Assembly (NCBI GenBank): GCA_964247055.1 | Contig: OZ176052.1 | Span: 14,322,001-14,386,000, forward strand | Direction: 5' to 3' | DNA length: 64,000 nucleotides | Origin: Paragordius varius | Taxonomy: Eukaryota; Animalia; Nematomorpha | Part shown: positions 42,848 through 57,371 of the stretch, in pieces | Numbering within the stretch: the first letter of the stretch is position 1 | Layout of the letters: each line of letters starts with the position of its first letter | The notes under the pieces: generated by a model | Told to the model about the DNA's origin: nothing | Seen by the model: only the letters and a program-made list of their open reading frames with translations | Database searches by the model: none | Translations under genes and position numbers: made by a program

Positions 42848-45800
42848 GGGTGATGATGGAACTACCCTAGGGCTACCCAAAAAAAATTATAGTGACATCA
42901 CCTGATCAAATTTGGATTTTAGGTAACCATTTTTATTTTTAATATCGTATAAAATAAATTTTTTAAATATTTAAAAAATTCATAAAAATTACATTTATAG
43001 TCCGATCCCCAAAATATTTGGGGTGATGATGGAACTACCATAGGGCTACCCAAAAAAATCTAGAGTGACATCACCTGATCAAATTTGGATTTTAGGTAGC
43101 CATTTTTATTTTTAAAATCGTATAAAATAAATTTTTTAAATATTTAAAAAATTCATAAAAATTACATTTATAGTCCGATCCCCAAAATATTTGGGGTGAT
43201 GATGGAACTACCATAGGGCTACCCAAAAAAAATTATGGTGACATCACCTGATCAAATTTGGATTTTAGGTAGCCATTTTTATTTTTAAAATCGTATAAAA
43301 TAAATTTTTTAAATATTTAAAAAATTCATAAAAATTACATTTATACTCCGATCTCGAAAATATTTGGGGTGATGATGGAACTACCCTAGGGCTACCCAAA
43401 AAAAATTATAGTGACATCACCTGATCAAATTTGGATTTTAGGTAACCATTTTTATTTTTAATATCGTATAAAATAAATTTTTTAAATATTTAAAAAATTC
43501 ATAAAAATTACATTTATAGTCCGATCCCCAAAATATTTGGGGTGATGATGGAACTACCATAGGGCTAGCCAAAAAAAATTATAGTGACATCACCTGATCA
43601 AATTTGGATTTTAGGTAGCCATTTTTATTTTTAAAATCGTATAAAATAAATTTTTTAAATATTTAAAAAATTCATAAAAATTACATTTATAGTCCGATCC
43701 CCAAAATATTTGGGGTGATGATGGAACTACCATAGGGCTACCCAAAAAAAATTATGGTGACATCACCTGATCAAATTTGGATTTTAGGTAGCCATTTTTA
43801 TTTTTAAAATCGTATAAAATAAATTTTTTAAATATTTAAAAAATTCATAAAAATTACATTTATACTCCGATCTCGAAAATATTTGGGGTGATGATGGAAC
43901 TACCATAGGGCTACCCAAAAAAAATTATGGTGACATCACCTGATCAAATTTGGATTTTAGGTAGCCATTTTTATTTTTAAAATCGTATAAAATCAATTTT
44001 TTAAATATTTAAAAAATTCATAAAAATTACATTTATAGTCCGATCCCCAAAATATTTGGGGTGATGATGGAACTACCATAGGGCTACCCAAAAAAAATTA
44101 TGGTGACATCACCTGATCAAATTTGGATTTTAGGTAGCCATTTTTATTTTTAAAATCGTATAAAATAAATTTTTTAAATATTTAAAAAATTCATAAAAAT
44201 TACATTTATACTCCGATCTCGAAAATATTTGGGGTGATGATGGAACTACCATAGGGCTACCCAAAAAAAATTATGGTGACATCACCTGATCAAATTTGGA
44301 TTTTAGGTAGCCATTTTTATTTTTAAAATCGTATAAAATATATTTTTTAATATTTAAAAAATTCATAAAAATTACATTTATACTCCGATCTCGAAAATAT
44401 TTGTTGGGGTGATGATGGAACTACCCTAGGGCTACCCAAAAAAAATTATAGTGACATCACCTGATCAAATTTGGATTTTAGGTAACCATTTTTATTTTTA
44501 ATATCGTATAAAATAAATTTTTTAAATATTTAAAAAATTCATAAAAATTACATTTATAGTCCGATCCCCAAAATATTTGGGGTGATGATGGAACTACCAT
44601 AGGGCTACCCAAAAAAAATTATGGTGACATCACCTGATCAAATTTGGATTTTAGGTAGCCATTTTTATTTTTAAAATCGTATAAAATATATTTTTTAAAT
44701 ATTTAAAAAATTCATAAAAATTACATTTATACTCCGATCTCGAAAATATTTGGGGTGATGATGGAACTACCCTAGGGCTACCCAAAAAAAATTATAGTGA
44801 CATCACCTGATCAAATTTGGATTTTAGGTAACCATTTTTATTTTTAATATCGTATAAAATAAATTTTTTAAATATTTAAAAAATTCATAAAAATTACATT
44901 TATAGTCCGATCCCCAAAATATTTGGGGTGATGATGGAACTACCATAGGGCTACCCAAAAAAAATTATAGTGACATCACCTGATCAAATTTGGATTTTAG
45001 GTAGCCATTTTTATTTTTAAAATCGTATAAAATAAATTTTTTAAATATTTAAAAAATTCATAAAAATTACATTTATAGTCCGATCCCCAAAATATTTGGG
45101 GTGATGATGGAACTACCATAGGGCTACCCAAAAAAAATTATGGTGACATCACCTGATCAAATTTGGATTTTAGGTAGCCATTTTTATTTTTAAAATCGTA
45201 TAAAATAAATTTTTTAAATATTTAAAAAATTCATAAAAATTACATTTATACTCCGATCTCGAAAATATTTGGGGTGATGATGGAACTACCATAGGGCTAC
45301 CCAAAAAAAATTATGGTGACATCACCTGATCAAATTTGGATTTTAGGTAGCCATTTTTATTTTTAAAATCGTATAAAATAAATTTTTTAAATATTTAAAA
45401 AATTCATAAAAATTACATTTATACTCCGATCTCGAAAATATTTGGGGTGATGATGGAACTACCATAGGGCTACGCAAAAAAAATTATGGTGACATCACCT
45501 GATCAAATTTGGATTTTAGGTAGCCATTTTTATTTTTAAAATCGTATAAAATAAATTTTTTAAATATTTAAAAAATTCAAAATAATTACATTTATACTCC
45601 GATCTCGACAATATTTGGGGTGATGATGGAACTACCATAGGGCTACCCAAAAAAAATTATGGTGACATCACCTGATCAAATTTGGATTTTATGTAGCCAT
45701 TTTTATTTTTAAAATCGTATAAAATAAATTTTTTAAATATTTAAAAAATTCATAAAAATTACATTTATAGTCCGATCCCCAAAATATTTGGGGTGATGAT

Positions 45801-48800
45801 GGAACAACCATAGGGCTACGCAAAAAAAATTATGGCGACATCACCTGATCAAATTTGGATTTTAGGTAGCCATTTTTATTTTTAATATCGTATAAAATAA
45901 ATTTTTTAAATATTTAAAAAATTCATAAAAATTACATTTATAGTCCGATCCCCAAAATATTTGGGGTGATGATGGAACTACCATAGGGCTACCCAAAAAA
46001 AATTATAGTGACATCACCTGATCAAATTTGGATTTTAGGTAGCCATTTTTATTTTTAAAATCGTATAAAATATTTTTTTTAAATATTTAAAAAATTCATA
46101 AAAATTACATTTATACTCCGATCTCGAAAATATTTGGGGTGATGATGGAACTACCATAGGGCTACCCAAAAAAAATTATGGCGACATCACCTGATCAAAT
46201 TTGGATTTTAGGTAGCCATTTTTATTTTTAAAATCGTATAAAATAAATTTTTTAAATGTTTAAAAAATTCATAAAAATTACATTTATACTCCGATCTCGA
46301 AAATATTTGGGGTGATGATGGAACTACCCTAGGGCTACCCAAAAAAAATTATAGTGACATCACCTGATCAAATTTGGATTTTAGGTAACCATTTTTATTT
46401 TTAATATCGTATAAAATAAATTTTTTAAATATTTAAAAAATTCATAAAAATTACATTTATAGTCCGATCCCCAAAATATTTGGGGTGATGATGGAACTAC
46501 CATAGGGCTACCCAAAAAAAATTATAGTGACATCACCTGATCAAATTTGGATTTTAGGTAGCCATTTTTATTTTTAAAATCGTATAAAATATATTTTTTA
46601 AATATTTAAAAAATTCATAAAAATTACATTTATACTCCGATCTCGAAAATATTTGGGGTGATGATGGAACTACCCTAGGGCTACCCAAAAAAAATTATAG
46701 TGACATCACCTGATCAAATTTGGATTTTAGGTAACCATTTTTATTTTTAATATCGTATAAAATAAATTTTTTAAATATTTAAAAAATTCATAAAAATTAC
46801 ATTTATAGTCCGATCCCCAAAATATTTGGGGTGATGATGGAACTACCATAGGGCTACCCAAAAAAAATTATGGTGACATCACCTGATCAAATTTGGATTT
46901 TAGGTAGCCATTTTTATTTTTAAAATCGTATAAAATAAATTTTTTAAATATTTAAAAAATTCATAAAAATTACATTTATACTCCGATCTCGAAAATATTT
47001 GGGGTGATGATGGAACTACCCTAGGGCTACCCAAAAAAAATTATAGTGACATCACCTGATCAAATTTGGATTTTAGGTAACCATTTTTATTTTTAATATC
47101 GTATAAAATAAATTTTTTAAATATTTAAAAAATTCATAAAAATTACATTTATAGTCCGATCCCCAAAATATTTGGGGTGATGATGGAACTACCATAGGGC
47201 TACCCAAAAAAATTATAGTGACATCACCTGATCAAATTTGGATTTTAGGTAGCCATTTTTATTTTTAAAATCGTATAAAATAAATTTTTTAAATATTTAA
47301 AAAATTCATAAAAATTACATTTATAGTCCGATCCCCAAAATATTTGGGGTGATGATGGAACTACCATAGGGCTACCCAAAAAAAATTATGGTGACATCAC
47401 CTGATCAAATTTGGATTTTAGGTAGCCATTTTTATTTTTAAAATCGTATAAAATAAATTTTTTAAATATTTAAAAAATTCATAAAAATTACATTTATACT
47501 CCGATCTCGAAAATATTTGGGGTGATGATGGAACTACCATAGGGCTACCCAAAAAAAATTATGGTGACATCACCTGATCAAATTTGGATTTTAGGTAGCC
47601 ATTTTTATTTTTAAAATCGTATAAAATAAATTTTTTAAATATTTAAAAAATTCATAAAAATTACATTTATACTCCGATCTCGAAAATATTTGGGGTGATG
47701 ATGGAACTACCATAGGGCTACGCAAAAAAAATTATGGTGACATCACCTGATCAAATTTGGATTTTAGGTAGCCATTTTTATTTTTAAAATCGTATAAAAT
47801 AAATTTTTTAAATATTTAAAAAATTCAAAAAAATTACATTTATACTCCGATCTCGACAATATTTGGGGTGATGATGGAACTACCATAGGGCTACCCAAAA
47901 AAAATTATGGTGACATCACCTGATCAAATTTGGATTTTATGTAGCCATTTTTATTTTTAAAATCGTATAAAATAAATTTTTTAAATATTTAAAAAATTCA
48001 TAAAAATTACATTTATAGTCCGATCCCCAAAATATTTGGGGTGATGATGGAACAACCATAGGGCTACGCAAAAAAAATTATGGCGACATCACCTGATCAA
48101 ATTTGGATTTTAGGTAGCCATTTTTATTTTTAATATCGTATAAAATAAATTTTTTAAATATTTAAAAAATTCATAAAAATTACATTTATAGTCCGATCCC
48201 CAAAATATTTGGGGTGATGATGGAACTACCATAGGGCTACCCAAAAAAAATTATAGTGACATCACCTGATCAAATTTGGATTTTAGGTAGCCATTTTTAT
48301 TTTTAAAATCGTATAAAATAAATTTTTTAAATGTTTAAAAAATTCATAAAAATTACATTTATAGTCCGATCCCCAAAATATTTGGGGTGATGATGGAACT
48401 ACCCTAGGGCTACCCAAAAAAAATTATAGTGACATCACCTGATCAAATTTGGATTTTAGGTAACCATTTTTATTTTTAATATCGTATAAAATAAATTTTT
48501 TAAATATTTAAAAAATTCATAAAAATTACATTTATAGTCCGATCCCCAAAATATTTGGGGTGATGATGGAACTACCATAGGGCTACCCAAAAAAAATTAT
48601 GGTGACATCACCTGATCAAATTTGGATTTTAGGTAGCCATTTTTATTTTTAAAATCGTATAAAATATATTTTTTAAATATTTAAAAAATTCATAAAAATT
48701 ACATTTATACTCCGATCTCGAAAATATTTGGGGTGATGATGGAACTACCCTAGGGCTACCCAAAAAAAATTATAGTGACATCACCTGATCAAATTTGGAT

Positions 48801-48903
48801 TTTAGGTAACCATTTTTATTTTTAATATCGTATAAAATAAATTTTTTAAATATTTAAAAAATTCATAAAAATTACATTTATAGTCCGATCCCCAAAATAT
48901 TTG
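41984..48903. repeat. Domain enriched for the CCCTAGG monomer variant, often as a 346-bp dimer
   Basis: CCCTAGG monomers start at 41984, 42502, 42848, 43367, 44407, 44753, 46310, 46656, 47002, 48385 and 48731, with several pairs exactly 346 bp apart. Confidence 0.85.
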
Positions 48904-50632
48904 GGGTGATGATGGAACTACCATAGGGCTACCCAAAAAAATCTAGAGTGACATCACCTGATCAAATTTGGATTTTAGGTAGCCATTTTTATTTTTAAAA
49001 TCGTATAAAATAAATTTTTTAAATATTTAAAAAATTCATAAAAATTACATTTATAGTCCGATCCCCAAAATATTTGGGGTGATGATGGAACTACCATAGG
49101 GCTACCCAAAAAAAATTATGGTGACATCACCTGATCAAATTTGGATTTTAGGTAGCCATTTTTATTTTTAAAATCGTATAAAATAAATTTTTTAAATATT
49201 TAAAAAATTCATAAAAATTACATTTATACTCCGATCTCGAAAATATTTGGGGTGATGATGGAACTACCATAGGGCTACCCAAAAAAAATTATGGTGACAT
49301 CACCTGATCAAATTTGGATTTTAGGTAGCCATTTTTATTTTTAAAATCGTATAAAATAAATTTTTTAAATATTTAAAAAATTCATAAAAATTACATTTAT
49401 ACTCCGATCTCGAAAATATTTGGGGTGATGATGGAACTACCATATGGCTACGCAAAAAAATTATGGTGACATCACCTGATCAAATTTGGATTTTAGGTAG
49501 CCATTTTTATTTTTAAAATCGTATAAAATAAATTTTTTAAATATTTAAAAAATTCAAAAAAATTACATTTATACTCCGATCTCGACAATATTTGGGGTGA
49601 TGATGGAACTACCATAGGGCTACCCAAAAAAAATTATGGTGACATCACCTGATCAAATTTGGATTTTAGGTAGCCATTTTTATTTTTAAAATCGTATAAA
49701 ATAAATTTTTTAAATATTTAAAAAATTCATAAAAATTACATTTATACTCCGATCTCGAAAATATTTGGGGTGATGATGGAACTACCATAGGGCTACCCAA
49801 AAAAAATTATGGTGACATCACCTGATCAAATTTGGATTTTAGGTAGCCCCTTTTATTTTTAAAATTGTATAAAATAAATTTTTTAAATATTTAAAAAATT
49901 CATAAAAGTTACATTTATAGTCCGATCCCCAAAATATTTGTGGTGATGATGGAACTACCATAGGGCTACCCAAAAAAAATTATGGTGACATCACCTGATC
50001 AAATTTGGATTTTAGGTAGCCATTTTTATTTTTAAAATCGTATAAAATAAATTTTTTAAATATTTAAAAAATTCATAAAAATTACATTTATAGTCCGATC
50101 CCCAAAATATTTGGGGTGATGATGGAACTACCATAGGGCTACCCAAAAAAAATTATAGTGACATCACCTGATCAAATTTGGATTTTAGGTAGCCATTTTT
50201 ATTTTTAAAATCGTATAAAATATATTTTTTAAATATTTAAAAAATTCATAAAAATTACATTTATACTCCGATCTCGAAAATATTTGGGGTGATGATGGAA
50301 CTACCATAGGGCTACCCAAAAAAAATTATAGTGACATCACCTGATCAAATTTGGATTTTAGGTAGCCATTTTTATTTTTAAAATCGTATAAAATATATTT
50401 TTTAAATATTTAAAAAATTCATAAAAATTACATTTATACTCCGATCTCGAAAATATTTGGGGTGATGATGGAACTACCATAGGGCTACCCAAAAAAAATT
50501 ATAGTGACATCACCTGATCAAATTTGGATTTTAGGTAACCATTTTTATTTTTAATATCGTATAAAATAAATTTTTTAAATATTTAAAAAATTCATAAAAA
50601 TTACATTTATAGTCCGATCCCCAAAATATTTG

Positions 50633-53600
50633 GGGTGATGATGGAACTACCATAGGGCTACCCAAAAAAAATTATAGTGACATCACCTGATCAAATTTGG
50701 ATTTTAGGTAGCCATTTTTATTTTTAAAATCGTATAAAATAAATTTTTTAAATATTTAAAAAATTCATAAAAATTACATTTATAGTCCGATCCCCAAAAT
50801 ATTTGGGGTGATGATGGAACTACCATAGGGCTACCCAAAAAAAATTATGGTGACATCACCTGATCAAATTTGGATTTTAGGTAGCCATTTTTATTTTTAA
50901 AATCGTATAAAATAAATTTTTTAAATATTTAAAAAATTCATAAAAATTACATTTATACTCCGATCTCGAAAATATTTGGGGTGATGATGGAACTACCATA
51001 GGGCTACCCAAAAAAATTATAGTGACATCACCTGATCAAATTTGGATTTTAGGTAGCCATTTTTATTTTTAAAATCGTATAAAATAAATTTTTTAAATAT
51101 TTAAAAAATTCATAAAAATTACATTTATAGTCCGATCCCCAAAATATTTGGGGTGATGATGGAACTACCATAGGGCTACCCAAAAAAAATTATGGTGACA
51201 TCACCTGATCAAATTTGGATTTTAGGTAGCCATTTTTATTTTTAAAATCGTATAAAATAAATTTTTTAAATATTTAAAAAATTCATAAAAATTACATTTA
51301 TACACCGATCTCGAAAATATTTGGGGTGATGATGGAACTACCATAGGGCTACGCAAAAAAAATTATGGTGACATCACCTGATCAAATTTGGATTTTAGGT
51401 AGCCATTTTTATTTTTAAAATCGTATAAAATAAATTTTTTAAATATTTAAAAAATTCAAAAAAATTACATTTATACTCCGATCTCGACAATATTTGGGGT
51501 GATGATGGAACTACCATAGGGCTACGCAAAAAAAATTATGGTGACATCACCTGATCAAATTTGGATTTTAGGTAGCCATTTTTATTTTTAAAATCGTATA
51601 AAATATATTTTTTAAATATTTAAAAAATTCATAAAAATTACATTTATACTCCGATCTCGAAAATATTTGGGGTGATGATGGAATTACCATAGGGCTACCC
51701 ACAAAAAATTATGGTGACATCACCTGATCAAATTTGGATTTTAGGTAGCCATTTTTATTTTTAAAATCGTATAAAATATATTTTTTAAATATTTAAAAAA
51801 TTCATAAAAATTACATTTATACTCCGATCTCGAAAATATTTGGGGTGATGATGGAACTACCATAGGGCTACCCAAAAAAAATTATAGTGACATCACCTGA
51901 TCAAATTTGGATTTTAGGTAACCATTTTTATTTTTAATATCGTATAAAATAAATTTTTTAAATATTTAAAAAATTCATAAAAATTACATTTATAGTGATA
52001 TCCCCAAAATATTTGGGGTGATGATGGAACTACCATAGGGCTACCCAAAAAAAATTATAGTGACATAACCTGATCAAATTTGGATTTTAGGTAGCCATTT
52101 TTATTTTTAAAATCGTATAAAATAAATTTTTTAAATATTTAAAAAATTCATAAAAATTACATTTATAGTCCGATCCCCAAAATATTTGGGGTGATGATGG
52201 AACTACCATAGGGCTACCCAAAAAAAATTATGGTGACATCACCTGATCAAATTTGGATTTTAGGTAGCCATTTTTATTTTTAAAATCGTATAAAATAAAT
52301 TTTTTAAATATTTAAAAAATTCATAAAAATTACATTTATACTCCGATCTCGAAAATATTTGGGGTGATGATGGAACTACCATAGGGCTACCCAAAAAAAT
52401 TATAGTGACATCACCTGAATTTGGATTTTAGGTAGCCATTTTTATTTTTAAAATCGTATAAAATAAATTTTTTAAATATTTAAAAAATTCATAAAAATTA
52501 CATTTATAGTCCGATCCCCAAAATATTTGGGGTGATGATGGAACTACCATAGGGCTACCCAAAAAAAATTATGGTGACATCACCTGATCAAATTTGGATT
52601 TTAGGTAGCCATTTTTATTTTTAAAATCGTATAAAATAAATTTTTTAAATATTTAAAAAATTCATAAAAATTACATTTATACTCCGATCTCGAAAATATT
52701 TGGGGTGATGATGGAACTACCATAGGGCTACGCAAAAAAAATTATGGTGACATCACCTGATCAAATTTGGATTTTAGGTAGCCATTTTTATTTTTAAAAT
52801 CGTATAAAATAAATTTTTTAAATATTTAAAAAATTCAAAAAAATTACATTTATACTCCGATCTCGACAATATTTGGGGTGATGATGGAACTACCATAGGG
52901 CTACGCAAAAAAAATTATGGTGACATCACCTGATCAAATTTGGATTTTAGGTAGCCATTTTTATTTTTAAAATCGTATAAAATAAATTTTTTAAATATTT
53001 AAAAAATTCAAAAAAATTACATTTATACTCCGATCTCGACAATATTTGGGGTGATGATGGAACTACCATAGGGCTACCCAAAAAAAATTATGGTGACATC
53101 ACCTGATCAAATTTGGATTTTAGGTAGCCATTTTTATTTTTAAAATCGTATAAAATAAATTTTTTAAATATTTAAAAAATTCATAAAAATTACATTTATA
53201 CTCCGATCTCGAAAATATTTGGGGTGATGATGGAACTACCATAGGGCTACCCAAAAAAAATTATGGTGACATCACCTGATCAAATTTGGATTTTAGGTAG
53301 CCATTTTTATTTTTAAAATTGTATAAAATAAATTTTTTAAATATTTAAAAAATTCATAAAAGTTACATTTATAGTCCGATCCCCAAAATATTTGTGGTGA
53401 TGATGGAACTACCATAGCGCTACCCAAAAAAAATTATGGTGACATCACCTGATCAAATTTGGATTTTAGGTAGCCATTTTTATTTTTAAAATCGTATAAA
53501 ATAAATTTTTTAAATATTTAAAAAATTCATAAAAATTACATTTATAGTCCGATCCCCAAAATATTTGGGGTGATGATGGAACTACCATAGGGCTACCCAA

Positions 53601-56506
53601 AAAAAATTATAGTGACATCACCTGATCAAATTTGGATTTTAGGTAGCCATTTTTATTTTTAAAATCGTATAAAATAAATTTTTTAAATATTTAAAAAATT
53701 CATAAAAATTACATTTATAGTCCGATCCCCAAAATATTTGGGGTGATGATGGAACTACCATAGGGCTACCCAAAAAAAATTATGGTGACATCACCTGATC
53801 AAATTTGGATTTTAGGTAGCCATTTTTATTTTTAAAATCGTATAAAATAAATTTTTTAAATATTTAAAAAATTCATAAAAATTACATTTATACTCCGATC
53901 TCGAAAATATTTGGGGTGATGATGGAACTACCATAGGGCTACCCAAAAAAATTATAGTGACATCACCTGATCAAATTTGGATTTTAGGTAGCCATTTTTA
54001 TTTTTAAAATCGTATAAAATAAATTTTTTAAATATTTAAAAAATTCATAAAAATTACATTTATAGTCCGATCCCCAAAATATTTGGGGTGATGATGGAAC
54101 TACCATAGGGCTACCCAAAAAAAATTATGGTGACATCACCTGATCAAATTTGGATTTTAGGTAGCCATTTTTATTATTAAAATCGTATAAAATAAATTTT
54201 TTAAATATTTAAAAAATTCATAAAAATTACATTTATACACCGATCTCGAAAATATTTGGGGTGATGATGGAACTACCATAGGGCTACGCAAAAAAAATTA
54301 TGGTGACATCACCTGATCAAATTTGGATTTTAGGTAGCCATTTTTATTTTTAAAATCGTATAAAATAAATTTTTTAAATATTTAAAAAATTCAAAAAAAT
54401 TACATTTATACTCCGATCTCGACAATATTTGTGGTGATGATGGAACTACCATAGGGCTACGCAAAAAAAATTATGGTGACATCACCTGATCAAATTTGGA
54501 TTTTAGGTAGCCATTTTTATTTTTAAAATCGTATAAAATATATTTTTTAAATATTTAAAAAATTCATAAAAATTACATTTATACTCCGATCTCGAAAATA
54601 TTTGGGGTGATGATGGAATTACCATAGGGCTACCCACAAAAAATTATGGTGACATCACCTGATCAAATTTGGATTTTAGGTAGCCATTTTTATTTTTAAA
54701 ATCGTATAAAATATATTTTTTAAATATTTAAAAAATTCATAAAAATTACATTTATACTCCGATCTCGAAAATATTTGGGGTGATGATGGAACTACCATAG
54801 GGCTACCCAAAAAAAATTATAGTGACATCACCTGATCAAATTTGGATTTTAGGTAACCATTTTTATTTTTAATATCGTATAAAATAAATTTTTTAAATAT
54901 TTAAAAAATTCATAAAAATTACATTTATAGTCCGATCCCCAAAATATTTGGGGTGATGATGGAACTACCATAGGGCTACCCAAAAAAAATTATAGTGACA
55001 TAACCTGATCAAATTTGGATTTTAGGTAGCCATTTTTATTTTTAAAATCGTATAAAATAAATTTTTTAAATATTTAAAAAATTCATAAAAATTACATTTA
55101 TAGTCCGATCCCCAAAATATTTGGGGTGATGATGGAACTACCATAGGGCTACCCAAAAAAAATTATGGTGACATCACCTGATCAAATTTGGATTTTAGGT
55201 AGCCATTTTTATTTTTAAAATCGTATAAAATAAATTTTTTAAATATTTAAAAAATTCATAAAAATTACATTTATACTCCGATCTCGAAAATATTTGGGGT
55301 GATGATGGAACTACCATAGGGCTACCCAAAAAAATTATAGTGACATCACCTGATCAAATTTGGATTTTAGGTAGCCATTTTTATTTTTAAAATCGTATAA
55401 AATAAATTTTTTAAATATTTAAAAAATTCATAAAAATTACATTTATAGTCCGATCCCCAAAATATTTGGGGTGATGATGGAACTACCATAGGGCTACCCA
55501 AAAAAAATTATGGTGACATCACCTGATCAAATTTGGATTTTAGGTAGCCATTTTTATTTTTAAAATCGTATAAAATAAATTTTTTAAATATTTAAAAAAT
55601 TCATAAAAATTACATTTATACTCCGATCTCGAAAATATTTGGGGTGATGATGGAACTACCATAGGGCTACGCAAAAAAAATTATGGTGACATCACCTGAT
55701 CAAATTTGGATTTTAGGTAGCCATTTTTATTTTTAAAATCGTATAAAATAAATTTTTTAAATATTTAAAAAATTCAAAAAAATTACATTTATACTCCGAT
55801 CTCGACAATATTTGGGGTGATGATGGAACTACCATAGGGCTACGCAAAAAAAATTATGGTGACATCACCTGATCAAATTTGGATTTTAGGTAGCCATTTT
55901 TATTTTTAAAATCGTATAAAATAAATTTTTTAAATATTTAAAAAATTCAAAAAAATTACATTTATACTCCGATCTCGACAATATTTGTGGTGATGATGGA
56001 ACTACCATAGGGCTACCCAAAAAAAATTATGGTGACATCACCTGATCAAATTTGGATTTTAGGTAGCCATTTTTATTTTTAAAATCGTATAAAATAAATT
56101 TTTTAAATATTTAAAAAATTCATAAAAATTACATTTATACTCCGATCTCGAAAATATTTGGGGTGATGATGGAACTACCATAGGGCTACCCAAAAAAAAT
56201 TATGGTGACATCACCTGATCAAATTTGGATTTTAGGTAGCCATTTTTATTTTTAAAATTGTATAAAATAAATTTTTTAAATATTTAAAAAATTCATAAAA
56301 GTTACATTTATAGTCCGATCCCCAAAATATTTGTGGTGATGATGGAACTACCATAGGGCTACCCAAAAAAAATTATGGTGACATCACCTGATCAAATTTG
56401 GATTTTAGGTAGCCATTTTTATTTTTAAAATCGTATAAAATAAATTTTTTAAATATTTAAAAAATTCATAAAAATTACATTTATAGTCCGATCCCCAAAA
56501 TATTTG
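50633..56506. repeat. 17-monomer (2935-2939 bp) tandem duplication
   Basis: TACACCGATC is at 51304/54239 and GACATAACC at 52067/55002. The TTTGTGG monomer junction is at 53395/56334, and the monomer order matches across both copies. Confidence 0.9.
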
Positions 56507-57371
56507 GGGTGATGATGGAACAACCATAGGGCTACGCAAAAAAAATTATGGCGACATCACCTGATCAAATTTGGATTTTAGGTAGCCATTTTTATTTTTA
56601 ATATCGTATAAAATAAATTTTTTAAATATTTAAAAAATTCATAAAAATTACATTTATAGTCCGATCCCCAAAATATTTGGGGTGATGATGGAACTACCAT
56701 AGGGCTACCCAAAAAAAATTATAGTGACATCACCTGATCAAATTTGGATTTTAGGTAGCCATTTTTATTTTTAAAATCGTATAAAATAAATTTTTTAAAT
56801 ATTTAAAAAATTCATAAAAATTACATTTATAGTCCGATCCCCAAAATATTTGGGGTGATGATGGAACAACCATAGGGCTACGCAAAAAAAATTATGGCGA
56901 CATCACCTGATCAAATTTGGATTTTAGGTAGCCATTTTTATTTTTAAAATCGTATAAAATAAATTTTTTAAATATTGAAAAAATACAAAAAAATTACATT
57001 TATACTCCGATCTCGAAAATATTTGGGGTGATGATGGAACTACCATAGGGCTACCCAAAAAAAATTATGGCGACATCACCTGATCAAATTTGGATTTTAG
57101 GTAGCCATTTTTATTTTTAAAATCGTATAAAATAAATTTTTTAAATGTTTAAAAAATTCATAAAAATTACATTTATAGTCCGATCCCCAAAATATTTGGG
57201 GTGATGATGGAATTACCATAGGGCTACCCAAAAAAAATTATGGTGACATCACCTGATCAAATTTGGATTTTAGGTAGCCATTTTTATTTTTAAAATCGTA
57301 TAAAATATATTTTTTAAATATTTAAAAAATTCATAAAAATTACATTTATACTCCGATCTCGAAAATATTTG

